A stretch of DNA of 37,374 nt from an uncultured bacterium (GCA_964449065.1 CAYVAZ010000008.1:1-37374), one strand, 5' to 3'. Shown: positions 19,999 to 29,990, counted from the stretch's first letter. Numbers and translations: made by a program. Notes: generated from the sequence alone by a model not told the origin.

Positions 19999-20301
19999 CG
20001 TGTTAAACCCTACTTGTATTGAACTTTATTTGATAGTAACCATTATCTTTGTGCACATGATCTTCGTGCAACGGTCCCGTTTCAATTCCTTCGAATTCCA
20101 CCATTCATTCCATCGCAATAGCGAAAATCAAAATACCCGGCGATTTTATCAAATCAAATGGATTCCGTGAAGGGTTAAACGCCCCTTCATCCGGAATCAC
20201 CAAAATATTCACGAACTTCTTATGGTTCTTGCGGAATCCTGTTTTCCGCTAGAACCATTGTTCCCGGTATAGTAGTATCACAAACTTACCGGAATAGACA
20301 A

Positions 20302-22227
20302 CTACCCCTTAAATCCCATTTTTTTCAAGTATGCCATCGTGGGCCGTACTTCGACTGAAGAGGTTGTCACACCATCCGTCCACGAGTTCGGGTCACCCAA
20401 CCGGTCTCGGCCCTTATAGGTAACCGAAGTGGTTGGCGCTTCCCCGTTTTGATTCAGCAGAACCCGAAAGGTGGTTTTTTTGGTCGGGCGCAGCGCCTTG
20501 AAGCGAATGGTGACAAACTCTCCCTCACCGCGGACCGGTGTGCCGAATCCTTTGACACGGTAATCGATAATACCCTTGTTGTTATCGGCCACGTTAATCA
20601 TGGGAAAATCAAAGGCAAATTGATCTCGATACTGCCGGTCATCCAAATTCACACCGGCAGTAATAACATCTCCATCAATTGCTTGAAATATTCGCGGATT
20701 AAATGCAATCAGCAAATTGATGCCGTCAATGGTTTCCAAATCCGGATTCGCCAAATAGACATCCACTTCCAATACATCTCCCACATCCACTTGTGTCTGC
20801 TTCGGCATAACATGCAAATGGGTGGTTAACGTTGTTCCCAATTCCTCAACAACGCCGCTCTCGGCATTGGCGTTTTTGATCACCGGGCTTCGTTTGGCTT
20901 TTTCTTCCGTGGCATACACTTCCAAACTTAAATTGATTGTACCGTCATTCGGTTTCGCTTTTGATCCCAGTTGATCTTCTCCATTGTGAGTAAGAGCCGT
21001 TACCAAGTTGTCTTCATCCGGCGATTCACCCCCGGATTGCGAGAACAAAAACCGCAACGCGGTTTGACGCACATTTTGCAACGGCACCATCGGGATGGAT
21101 GTGATGATTCCGGATTTTCTGCTCGGATTTCCATTCACCTTTACTTCCATATAGATGATACCGTTTTGGGTATCGATTTTCGTATCCACAATATTTGCAT
21201 CGCTGGCGTTCGGAAACAAGCTGCCGGATTTCACCCGTCCCGGAATGCTGGACCGTTCCGAACTGATACCGGTTTTCAGAGACAATTCTTGCAGGGGAAC
21301 CCATTCGCCGTCTTCATTCTGCCCCGCGGTTGGAATCATGGTCCGGGTATCATACTGCACGGCAAAACTTACAGTATCAAATTCCATCCGGCTTGGATTC
21401 GCCAATACCACATTCACGCTAAACGGCTTATTCACCACCACGGCAGGGGATGAAGTGGTCAACAACAAAGTTGATTTACTTCGCACCCGAACCTCCGGCT
21501 GCCCGTTATTTGACTGTCCTTTTGAGGGAGCGGTTCGGCGTGAGGGAGCCGTTTTTGCATCCGTCCCGCCTTGTGCGCCGGTCCCGGCTTGAATCGAAAT
21601 TCCACCATCATTCCCACCCGAGTGGCCTCCTGACAACCCGGCTCCGCGGTTGGCATTCCCGCCCAAGGCCCGTCGGCGTGAAGACGACATCCCACTTGCT
21701 TCGGTTTGCACATTTCCACTGAGATTGCCCAAATTTTGGTTCGCGCCTTGCGGTATGTTTCCCCCAAAGTTTTGATTCGGGCTGGAAAAACGGCTGCTCC
21801 GTCCGCCGCGGCTGCCATAACGGCCACCCGCACCGGATTGATTCACATTCGCATTGAACCCGGTATTGCCGCCAAAACCGCCGCCGTATCCGCCACGGCT
21901 GCTTCGTCCGCCACGGCTGCTGCGGCCGCTAAACCCGCCACCGCCGATACCGCCACGGCCGCCCTGGCTAAACCCGCCGCCGCCGATACCGCCACGGCCG
22001 CCCTGGCTGAAACCGCCGCCGCCAATACCGCCACGGCCGCCCTGGCTGAAACCACCGCCGCCGAATTGGTTTCCGCCATATTGGTTTCCGCCATATTGAT
22101 TAAAACCACCACCGCCATTGAAATTGCCATACTGCGCCATGCCCGGATTGGCAAACAAAATGGTGCCGAATATCAATAAATAATTCCATGAATTTGCTAG
22201 AAATGATTTTGTGTAACTTGAAAACAT
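20302..22227 (-). CDS. Secreted protein with Gly/Arg/Phe-rich low-complexity region and two cohesin-like beta-sandwich domains
   Basis: ATG 22227 preceded by AGAGGAGAAGG; signal peptide ending GMA|Q; FSVNVVL..SFAVQYD and VGDVLEVDVYL..IAFNPRIF..GEFVTIRFKAL are cohesin-like. Confidence 0.75.
   Translation of the reverse strand: MFSSYTKSFLANSWNYLLIFGTILFANPGMAQYGNFNGGGGFNQYGGNQYGGNQFGGGGFSQGGRGGIGGGGFSQGGRGGIGGGGFSQGGRGGIGGGGFSGRSSRGGRSSRGGYGGGFGGNTGFNANVNQSGAGGRYGSRGGRSSRFSSPNQNFGGNIPQGANQNLGNLSGNVQTEASGMSSSRRRALGGNANRGAGLSGGHSGGNDGGISIQAGTGAQGGTDAKTAPSRRTAPSKGQSNNGQPEVRVRSKSTLLLTTSSPAVVVNKPFSVNVVLANPSRMEFDTVSFAVQYDTRTMIPTAGQNEDGEWVPLQELSLKTGISSERSSIPGRVKSGSLFPNASDANIVDTKIDTQNGIIYMEVKVNGNPSRKSGIITSIPMVPLQNVRQTALRFLFSQSGGESPDEDNLVTALTHNGEDQLGSKAKPNDGTINLSLEVYATEEKAKRSPVIKNANAESGVVEELGTTLTTHLHVMPKQTQVDVGDVLEVDVYLANPDLETIDGINLLIAFNPRIFQAIDGDVITAGVNLDDRQYRDQFAFDFPMINVADNNKGIIDYRVKGFGTPVRGEGEFVTIRFKALRPTKKTTFRVLLNQNGEAPTTSVTYKGRDRLGDPNSWTDGVTTSSVEVRPTMAYLKKMGFKG
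21926..22063 (-). repeat. Coding 39-bp tandem repeat, (GGGGFSQGGRGGI)x3 plus a partial copy
   Basis: ccgccrccgccgataccgccacggccgccctggctraa units are visible directly. Confidence 0.9.
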
Positions 22228-22759
22228 ACCTTCTCCTCTTTGTAATATCTGAGTTGGGTTTAAATTCACTTTCGGTTAGATAACGATCGAATCACACTCC
22301 CAAGTAACAGTTCTTGAAGGTGGATTAACAATGTGGATTAACCCAATTTGTTCTATTGTGCAGGCATAAAGTATCGTGTGCAATGGCATTCGTCAAATAA
22401 TTAGAAAAAACCCGGGTGAGTTCGCCTGCTCATGCGGCATAAAATACATCGCGAAAATTCCGCCATTTGAAGATGTTCCCCTCCCCTGTCTTCAATGCCA
22501 TTGGCTGAATAAAATTCTTGGCGATTTTGTAATAAATTCAGTGATTCGGTTGTTCACAACCCCTTCTGTGTCTCTACCAAACTTGGGGGAGAAGTCATCG
22601 TGTTTTCAGATTTGGCTTCTTACGTCAAAGACATTGCCCCGGTCTTAGGTGGAGAATATTTTTGTACCCGCCATGGTTGAATTGGAATTTTTTTCGATGG
22701 ACAAACTCTTACGAAAAACCAGGTATCTTACAAAAACCCAAGCCATTCTTGATTGGAAA

Positions 22760-23770
<1,011 letters not shown>

Positions 23771-24019
23771 ACATCTATACCTTTGAACAATTTGCGGTCA
23801 GGAAGCACCCCATTTGGCATCAAAATCAGCAGACAATCATGCTCAACAGTATGGATAGTAAAGGAATCCAAACTAAACTTCAAGACTACAGCAACGTTAT
23901 ATTACAATAATTTTTATTATATGAAAAGATTCATCAATATATTGATACAAAAAAGAAGATGTTGATAGAGTTTTTATGCGGGGGATTTTATTTCAAAGGA
24001 AATGGGGTAGTGAGATGTG

Positions 24020-24637
24020 TTAAACAGTGGATACCGCTTCATGATGTCCATCCAATTGCTGAACGGTTTTTGCCACCACGCAGTCGATATCAGTTTCACG
24101 GCAATGGATGCCGCCTTCATAACCACAGGCTTTACACAATTTCTGCGCGACTTCATCATTCTCAATAAAGTCACACAGAAATTCTTCCAGGGTACTGTCT
24201 AGGTTCTCAATGGTTTTGTGCTGCAAACGATTCAGTATGGATAACAATTGATTCTCGGCCTCATGCAATAATATTTTGGCAATCGTTTCTCCTTCTTCCG
24301 TTAAATGCACGCGCACTTCCCGGTTGTCTTTGCCTTTATTATACCGCAGAATCCAACCATTCTGCTCCAGCCGGTTGACCGATTTTGTCGCGCCGGAAAT
24401 GGTGTAGCCTAACCCAATCGATATTTCACTCATCTTCACATCGTTGTTCATAGCCAAGAAGCGCAGGGCATCCGCCTGCGCTTCCGTCACCTTATATGGA
24501 ATCTTTTTGGAGAGAGAATCAACATTCACAACTTGGCGAATCGCTGCCGCGAATAATATCAACCGCCGCGACAGTTTGTGATGTTTCTCATTTGAAACAC
24601 ATACACAACATGCTTCCGTCATCAGGTTATTCTCCAT
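24020..24637 (-). CDS. MarR-family regulator with Cys-rich termini
   Basis: wHTH ATKSVNRLEQNGWI.R..DNREVRVHLTEEG; C-terminal CKAC-x7-C-x6-C; N-terminal CCVC. Confidence 0.85.
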   Translation of the reverse strand: MENNLMTEACCVCVSNEKHHKLSRRLILFAAAIRQVVNVDSLSKKIPYKVTEAQADALRFLAMNNDVKMSEISIGLGYTISGATKSVNRLEQNGWILRYNKGKDNREVRVHLTEEGETIAKILLHEAENQLLSILNRLQHKTIENLDSTLEEFLCDFIENDEVAQKLCKACGYEGGIHCRETDIDCVVAKTVQQLDGHHEAVSTV

Positions 24638-24642
24638 AATAT

Positions 24643-24969
24643 TTACGCGGAAAAAGAACTGCCGCAGCCGCAGCTTTGGGTGGCGTTAGGGTTGTCAAAG
24701 GTAAATCCGCTGCCGTTCAAACCATCGGTATAATCCAATGTCGTACCGGCAAGATACAAAAAGCTTTTCGAATCAACAACCAATTTCACGCCGTCAATCT
24801 CGAATACACGGTCCGTCTCTTTTTGATTCGTGTCAAAGTTCAGGGCGTAGGTCAAACCGGAGCATCCGCCTCCCCGCACTCCCATGCGCAGACCTGTCCC
24901 TTCCGGAAGTTTTTGCTCATCTTGCAAGCGCTTAACTTCAGAAATTGCTTTGGGGGTCAATGTGATCAT
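24643..24969 (-). CDS. iscA: A-type Fe-S carrier (IscA/SufA/ErpA, HesB family)
   Basis: ITLTPKAI, GGGCSGLTY, NPNATQSCGCGSSF. Confidence 0.95.
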   Translation of the reverse strand: MITLTPKAISEVKRLQDEQKLPEGTGLRMGVRGGGCSGLTYALNFDTNQKETDRVFEIDGVKLVVDSKSFLYLAGTTLDYTDGLNGSGFTFDNPNATQSCGCGSSFSA

Positions 24970-25019
24970 GCTTTACACTCCTTTGATACAATGGATACTT
25001 CTTTTCGTAGTTTCTTCTT

Positions 25020-25049
25020 ATAATACCAAATATACTTGACGATGTCAAG
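25020..25049 (-). promoter_or_regulatory. Sigma70 promoter of iscA-marR with overlapping palindrome
   Basis: Minus strand TTGACA(25048-25043)-N17-TATTAT(25025-25020) with extended TG; perfect palindrome CTTGAC-N3-GTCAAG at 25035-25049. Confidence 0.75.
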
Positions 25050-25112
25050 CAATCGGCATCATAGCAAAATCGAAAATGAGAGATTGTTCCTTCCCCAATG
25101 GAATGGAGGAGG

Positions 25113-25222
25113 CTAGAGCAATTCAGGTTTGCGCAGATAGAAAGAGATCGTCTTTGATTCCCCCCCCTTAATAAGAGGGGCAATAATGGATAACCAGCCG
25201 TCATTTTTTGATTGACAGACTA
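25113..25222 (+). mobile_element. MITE-like element, copy 2
   Basis: Near-identical to 6880-6994. Confidence 0.75.
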
Positions 25223-25282
25223 ATTAGAGGAGGAGGAAAGAATAGAGAAAAATATCTTGGTGAAATATCTCTGGTAAAATAG

Positions 25283-26053
25283 TTATTTCTTCCCTAAAAA
25301 CGCCTTGACCGCCTCACTCACTGCTTCCGGGTTCTCCAATGGCGAATAATGCCCCGCCTCCGGTATTACCACCAATTCCGCGTTCGGAATCCTATCCGCC
25401 ATGCGCTTCGCCGCCGTCATTGGGGTTACTTTGTCGTCTTCCCCCACAATCACCAGTGTGGGCACACTGATCGACTCCAAATCCTCCACATAATCAGGAC
25501 GCGCGGCCATCGCCTGCAAAGCGTGAATCACCCCAATCGGCGAATTTTCTAGTATCGAATGCCGCACCGCTTCCACCACATCGTTTTTCTCTTTCAACGT
25601 GGTCTCGCAAAACACCTTGCCGATCATCCCTTCCGCGATTGGATTCAACCCCTCGGACCGCACCGTCTCTATCGATTCCATCCGTGCCTTTTTGGTCTGT
25701 TCGGTATCCGCTTCCGCGCGGGTGTTGCACAATATCAGCCCGGCACAGCGTTCCCACGCGGTTCGCCAGAGTTCAAACGCGATGTATCCCCCCATCGAAC
25801 ACCCGCAGAAATAGGCTTTCTCGATCTTTTGGTTATCCATAAAACCGGTGACCGCCTTGGCATACGCCCCGATACTCGCATCCTCACGCAGCGTTGGAGA
25901 TGATCCAAACCCTGGCAAATCAACCGCATACACCTCAACCTGATCCGACAGCGCCTCTACCTGATGCTGCCACATCTCATGCGCTACCGGAAACGCGTGG
26001 AGAAAAATAACCGGTGTCTTAGACGATCCCTGATTCACAAAATGCATTTCCAT
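25283..26053 (-). CDS. Alpha/beta-fold hydrolase
   Basis: FLHAFP, DLPGFG, nucleophile elbow GCSMGG, GEDD, AGH catalytic His. Confidence 0.92.
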   Translation of the reverse strand: MEMHFVNQGSSKTPVIFLHAFPVAHEMWQHQVEALSDQVEVYAVDLPGFGSSPTLREDASIGAYAKAVTGFMDNQKIEKAYFCGCSMGGYIAFELWRTAWERCAGLILCNTRAEADTEQTKKARMESIETVRSEGLNPIAEGMIGKVFCETTLKEKNDVVEAVRHSILENSPIGVIHALQAMAARPDYVEDLESISVPTLVIVGEDDKVTPMTAAKRMADRIPNAELVVIPEAGHYSPLENPEAVSEAVKAFLGKK

Positions 26054-26209
26054 ATTTTCGATCCTTTACGTTATTTTCGTTTGCCATTGAACGGGCTGCA
26101 CTGGCTTCCAGCCGGTAATTATCTCTTATCGTTTTACCTCAACAGGGTTAAATAACATAGCCCGGGGCATCGCGCGGGGCATCGCGCAGGGTTTTCGCAC
26201 GCGATCAAG

Positions 26210-26320
26210 CTAGTACAGTGTCAACGATCTATTGACGGATATCGATCCCCCCTAGCCCCCCTTAGCAAGGGGGGAAACAACGGATAGCCAGCCGTCATTT
26301 TTAGATTGACAGAGCACTAG
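26210..26320 (+). mobile_element. MITE-like element with imperfect terminal inverted repeats
   Basis: Ends CTAGTACAGTGTCAA / TTGACAGAGCACTAG (11/15 inverted match); internal CCCCCCTT..AAGGGGGG hairpin; right arm shared with the 6880 and 25113 copies. Confidence 0.75.
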
Positions 26321-26345
26321 CGCTAAAAGTGCGAAAGAAATAGCG

Positions 26346-26374
26346 TTGCACTTTCCACATTCCCTATCTAAACT
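26346..26374 (+). promoter_or_regulatory. Putative sigma70 promoter of the radical SAM gene
   Basis: TTGCAC-N17-TAAACT about 110 bp upstream of ATG 26487. Confidence 0.5.
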
Positions 26375-26486
26375 ATCAACTTTAAAGATTTACCAAGATT
26401 CGCCGAAATTATAGAAGAATATTGGAAGTATAACAGAGCACACAATAACCAGAAACAAATAACCAATAAATAAACGGGATAAGCTT

Positions 26487-27509
26487 ATGAGCGCCAGCGC
26501 ACCAGTCGAAACCAAAGTCGATCACAACTATCACCAAATCCCCAGCAATAAAACCAACGCGTGGGAAGATACCCTTCCCGCCGAATATTGGGAATACCGC
26601 CGCCGCTGGGAAGAAAACCCCAAAACCCATGTGGTCGAAGCCTTCCCCGTGCATTTGGATATCGAAGCCACCTCCAACTGCAACCTGCTTTGCACCATGT
26701 GCCCGCGCACCGAAATGGTCGAAGACGGCACCTTTTGGAAGGTGAAAAACTTCGATTTTGACCTTTACACCCGCTTGATCGATGAAGGCGCCGAAAAAGG
26801 CCTCTGCTCGATTAAATTCAACTACCTGGGCGAACCGCTGATGAACCCGCGCCTGGTTGAGATGATCAAGTACGCCAAATACCGCGGCGTCATCGATGTG
26901 ATGTTCAACACCAACGCCACCCTGCTCACCGAACGCATCGCCAAACAGCTGATCGAAGCCGGGCTGGATAAACTTTTCTTCTCGTTCGATTCCCCGTTTC
27001 GCGAGCATTACAACGAAATCCGCGTCAACGCGAATTATGATAAGACCCTGCGCAACATTCAGCGCTTCAAAGAAATCCGCGACAGCTACGGCACAAAAAA
27101 ACCGTTCACCCGCATCTCGATGGTACGCATGAAAGAAAACGAAACCGAATGGCAGGCGTTTAAAGACCTCTTTGAGCCGCTGGTCGATGCCGTCGCTTGG
27201 GTCGATTACATCGAACACACCAGCCAATCCGGCACGGATTCAAAGATTGCGGTGGAAAAGGTCAAAGCCGGCGGGAAAAAATTCTGCTGCCCGCAGCTGT
27301 GGCAGCGGATGTTCGTCCACCCCGATGGCGTGGTTACCGTATGCTGTGTCGATTCCGCCCGCAAACTGCAAGTCGGAAACATCCACGGCAAGACGGTGGA
27401 AGAAATCTGGAACGGCCCGGAATACCAAAAACTCCGCGAACTGCACGCCACCGGGAGGATTGACGAGATTCCTGTGTGCTCCAACTGCCATTTAGCGTTG
27501 ACGCCGTGA
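26487..27509 (+). CDS. Radical SAM enzyme with SPASM/twitch domain
   Basis: CNLLCTMC (CxxxCxxC), GEPL, TNATLL; CCPQLW..VHPDGVVTVCC..GNI..EEIWNG..CSNC. Confidence 0.93.
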   Translation: MSASAPVETKVDHNYHQIPSNKTNAWEDTLPAEYWEYRRRWEENPKTHVVEAFPVHLDIEATSNCNLLCTMCPRTEMVEDGTFWKVKNFDFDLYTRLIDEGAEKGLCSIKFNYLGEPLMNPRLVEMIKYAKYRGVIDVMFNTNATLLTERIAKQLIEAGLDKLFFSFDSPFREHYNEIRVNANYDKTLRNIQRFKEIRDSYGTKKPFTRISMVRMKENETEWQAFKDLFEPLVDAVAWVDYIEHTSQSGTDSKIAVEKVKAGGKKFCCPQLWQRMFVHPDGVVTVCCVDSARKLQVGNIHGKTVEEIWNGPEYQKLRELHATGRIDEIPVCSNCHLALTP

Positions 27510-27521
27510 AGTTATAATCAG

Positions 27522-28151
27522 ATGAACAATCAAAAAATACTCTTTAAAATTAGTGAAACTCAAATATATAATTCTAAACAATCTAAGAATCTTCGTTCGT
27601 TTGCTCAACGTATTCAAAGATCGTTAGAAAAATTTGAATATCACGGAATATTAAAAAAAGCTAATTCTAATCAATTGAATTTAAGTTTTGATGATGATAT
27701 ATGCAAAATACTTCAAATTCCCAAAAAGGATTATTCACCACTATTAAACTCAAGAAAATTAAATGATGAAAACTATATCAATGCAAGACAAAAAGCTGAT
27801 TTTATTATAAATCATTCAAATATTCCTAATTTTCCTGTAGTTGTAGAGATTGAAAAATCAAATAAGAAAACTATATGGTTCGATTTTATTAAAATATGGA
27901 TGTTCATTGAAACGAGACAAGCAAAAGCTGGTATATTGATATGCCCTGTAAATTATGCTCATAGAAACGGTGTATGGAATGTGTTTGATGAGGCTTGTAA
28001 ATACTTCAATTATCTAAAACGATTTGCAGAAGTGCCAACAGACAAAATGAACAAAATAGCAATCATTGGTTATAAACAAGATGTAAAAATTAATGGGAAA
28101 TATGTTGAATGGAATGAAGATTCCTTTAGAAATATTAAAGGTATTCCATAA
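27522..28151 (+). CDS. AT-rich hypothetical protein, probable PD-(D/E)xK restriction-endonuclease-like nuclease
   Basis: KADFII..VVVEIEKSN..FDFIK..AGILICP pattern; much lower GC than its neighbours. Confidence 0.55.
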   Translation: MNNQKILFKISETQIYNSKQSKNLRSFAQRIQRSLEKFEYHGILKKANSNQLNLSFDDDICKILQIPKKDYSPLLNSRKLNDENYINARQKADFIINHSNIPNFPVVVEIEKSNKKTIWFDFIKIWMFIETRQAKAGILICPVNYAHRNGVWNVFDEACKYFNYLKRFAEVPTDKMNKIAIIGYKQDVKINGKYVEWNEDSFRNIKGIP

Positions 28152-28154
28152 AAT

Positions 28155-28391
28155 TCATAAATCAATTCTTTCAGATTCCCGACGGCTGCGTGTGATGTAT
28201 TCTTGCGCATCTTCACCACACGCTGGATAGGGCAATATTCCCACAAGATCAGCCCATTTCTTTTTAGGGCGATCTGTGTGAGAATCCAGTCGAGTCGCCT
28301 TTCCCGAAAGCGCGTCCAGCACCTGCTGTTTTTCTTCCGGGTTCAACAGTTCGATTTTCTCCAACACTTCATCCAACGCTTTTGTACTCAT
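28155..28391 (-). CDS. Small antitoxin-like protein (type usually paired with a PIN toxin)
   Basis: 78 aa; L.PEEKQQVL N-terminal helix; WADLVG..GEDAQEYITRSRRE C-terminal motif; GGAG RBS and TGATATAAT upstream. Confidence 0.6.
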   Translation of the reverse strand: MSTKALDEVLEKIELLNPEEKQQVLDALSGKATRLDSHTDRPKKKWADLVGILPYPACGEDAQEYITRSRRESERIDL

Positions 28392-28673
28392 AGCTCCGCA
28401 TATCCTTCTTCTTGTTTGCAACCATTATATCACAAAAACAGGCGGGTCGCCGGAGACACTCGCCGCGTGAGTTAGATGTTCAGGACGGATAAAGTCCCAA
28501 CATTTCTTACGCTTGCTCACGGCGCGAACACGAGGATCTGCGAGGATAGGCTGGTCTCGCGAAGCAGCCCACCGGATGAAGGCGATTGCATACATCAGCA
28601 AGGGGAGATGAACGGCATTACCTTTGCCACCCGGCTGTAAGAAATATAATAATAACTGTAAAACTATGAAATA

Positions 28674-29669
28674 TTATTCACTTTCAATCTTTCTAATTAT
28701 TTCTTTAAATTCTTCTCTTACTTCTTTAATTGACAAATTTGAANNNNNNNNNNTTGAATCATTTGTTGTTATTTGTATTAATTCATTAAGATCCCAGTTT
28801 ACTTTCAACTTTTGTCTTGAAAAATAGATTCCTACCTTTTCAATTTCATACTTGTTTGAATAATCTAAAATTGCATAACCAATAAGCTGTCTTAGTGTTA
28901 GAGGTATATCTCGCACATCTTTACTTTTTGAAGTTTTAATATCATATAAGCAATTATCTACAACAAAATCAGCATCAGCACCGCCAACATCTAGACTACC
29001 TTCAAATGTTGGATTTAAATAAATATTCTCACTAAATAAATCCTGACATGATTCATAAAAACCTTTAGATAGATTCACCATATCTTTTATTGTTGTCTCA
29101 TCAGGTATTTTTAACAATGCTTCCAAAGAGTTTGTATTTTCTTTCTGGGCTAAGGGTGAATATTCAAACATTACATCACCTGCTCTGTAAAACTCTTCAA
29201 ATAAAGCCAGAACATAGCAATAGGCATTTAAGAGAATTTCATCTTTCTCATTTAATAAGTTATGCCTTGGATTTATGTTATCCACAAATCTTTGAAACTC
29301 TTCAAAAAAACTTGTAAGTACAAATGATGATATACTATATGAACTTTTTGGATCTCTAATAAAATGGCTGGAGACATAGGAATTATCATCCACTTTTATA
29401 TAATCTAATGCATCATCACTTAATCTACATGCTGCATGCCAGGCAACAAAATCTTTATATTGCGTTTCCCCCAAATAATATCTAATACGATAATCTATCG
29501 CACTTCCAACCGTTGACCAGTTAATTTCTTTTTCTGGCAGAATTGGTACAGCAGCAGCATAAAGTGGTTTAACCTGTTTTGTTATTTTGGTACATTTGGA
29601 AAATCGATTTTTAAAAAATTCATGAATTGGACCTTCTTTTGTTTTTCGGATATGATATGTTAATGACAT
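28674..29669 (-). CDS. AT-rich PD-(D/E)xK (RecB-like) nuclease
   Basis: NPTF..GGADADFVVDNCLYDIKT..RQLIGY (QxxxY)..VGIYFSRQ; AGGAG RBS; C-terminus spans the assembly gap. Confidence 0.7.
   Translation of the reverse strand: MSLTYHIRKTKEGPIHEFFKNRFSKCTKITKQVKPLYAAAVPILPEKEINWSTVGSAIDYRIRYYLGETQYKDFVAWHAACRLSDDALDYIKVDDNSYVSSHFIRDPKSSYSISSFVLTSFFEEFQRFVDNINPRHNLLNEKDEILLNAYCYVLALFEEFYRAGDVMFEYSPLAQKENTNSLEALLKIPDETTIKDMVNLSKGFYESCQDLFSENIYLNPTFEGSLDVGGADADFVVDNCLYDIKTSKSKDVRDIPLTLRQLIGYAILDYSNKYEIEKVGIYFSRQKLKVNWDLNELIQITTNDSXXXXSNLSIKEVREEFKEIIRKIESE
28744..28753. other. Assembly gap (10 N)
   Basis: Run of n in the sequence. Confidence 1.
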
Positions 29670-29933
29670 TTTTTATCTCCTACTAACCTACTATCACTAA
29701 TGATTATAAAGTATTCAATTGAAAATTTCTAGAAGAGGTTGTATGAAAAAAAAGTAATCTATCTTCCCTCATAACCCACTTAATCTTACTGTCTCCCCCT
29801 ATCAAGGATAAAAAGAGTCTGCAAGATCAATCCAATCCCACTATCCCAACGTCAGCCCACTCTCCACCAAGACCGGGCGAGACACCCAAAGGCCAAAGGG
29901 GATTAAGCCATTGACACAGACAACTGTACCCAT

Positions 29934-29990
29934 CGCGCCCCCTCTGTCCTCCTAACGTCGGACATTTCCCCAAAAAATTTTGGGGGAGAC
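29934..29990 (+). repeat. REP-like element CCCCCTCTGTCC..GGACAT(T/C)TCCCC(C)AAA..TTTGGGGGAG
   Basis: An inverted homologous copy lies at 33706-33750. Confidence 0.7.

Noticed and set aside
21706..22179. Ala-rich and Pro-rich repeat ORFs
   Set aside because: Alternative-frame readings of the Gly-rich 39-bp repeat
19999..22759. Sigma54 promoter upstream of the cohesin gene or pilMN
   Set aside because: No GG-N10-GC element with consensus flanks was found by eye
26409..27227. 272-aa minus-strand ORF and similar long antisense ORFs (5453-6187, 7904-8503, 13640-14224, 16633-17256)
   Set aside because: Shadow frames of well-supported genes on the opposite strand
28440..28490. GTTAGAT matching an integron attC core (GTTRRRY)
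   Set aside because: No matching RYYYAAC at a suitable distance, no cassette array and no integrase
28440..28640. Retron msr-msd interpretation of the hairpins
   Set aside because: No reverse transcriptase in the window
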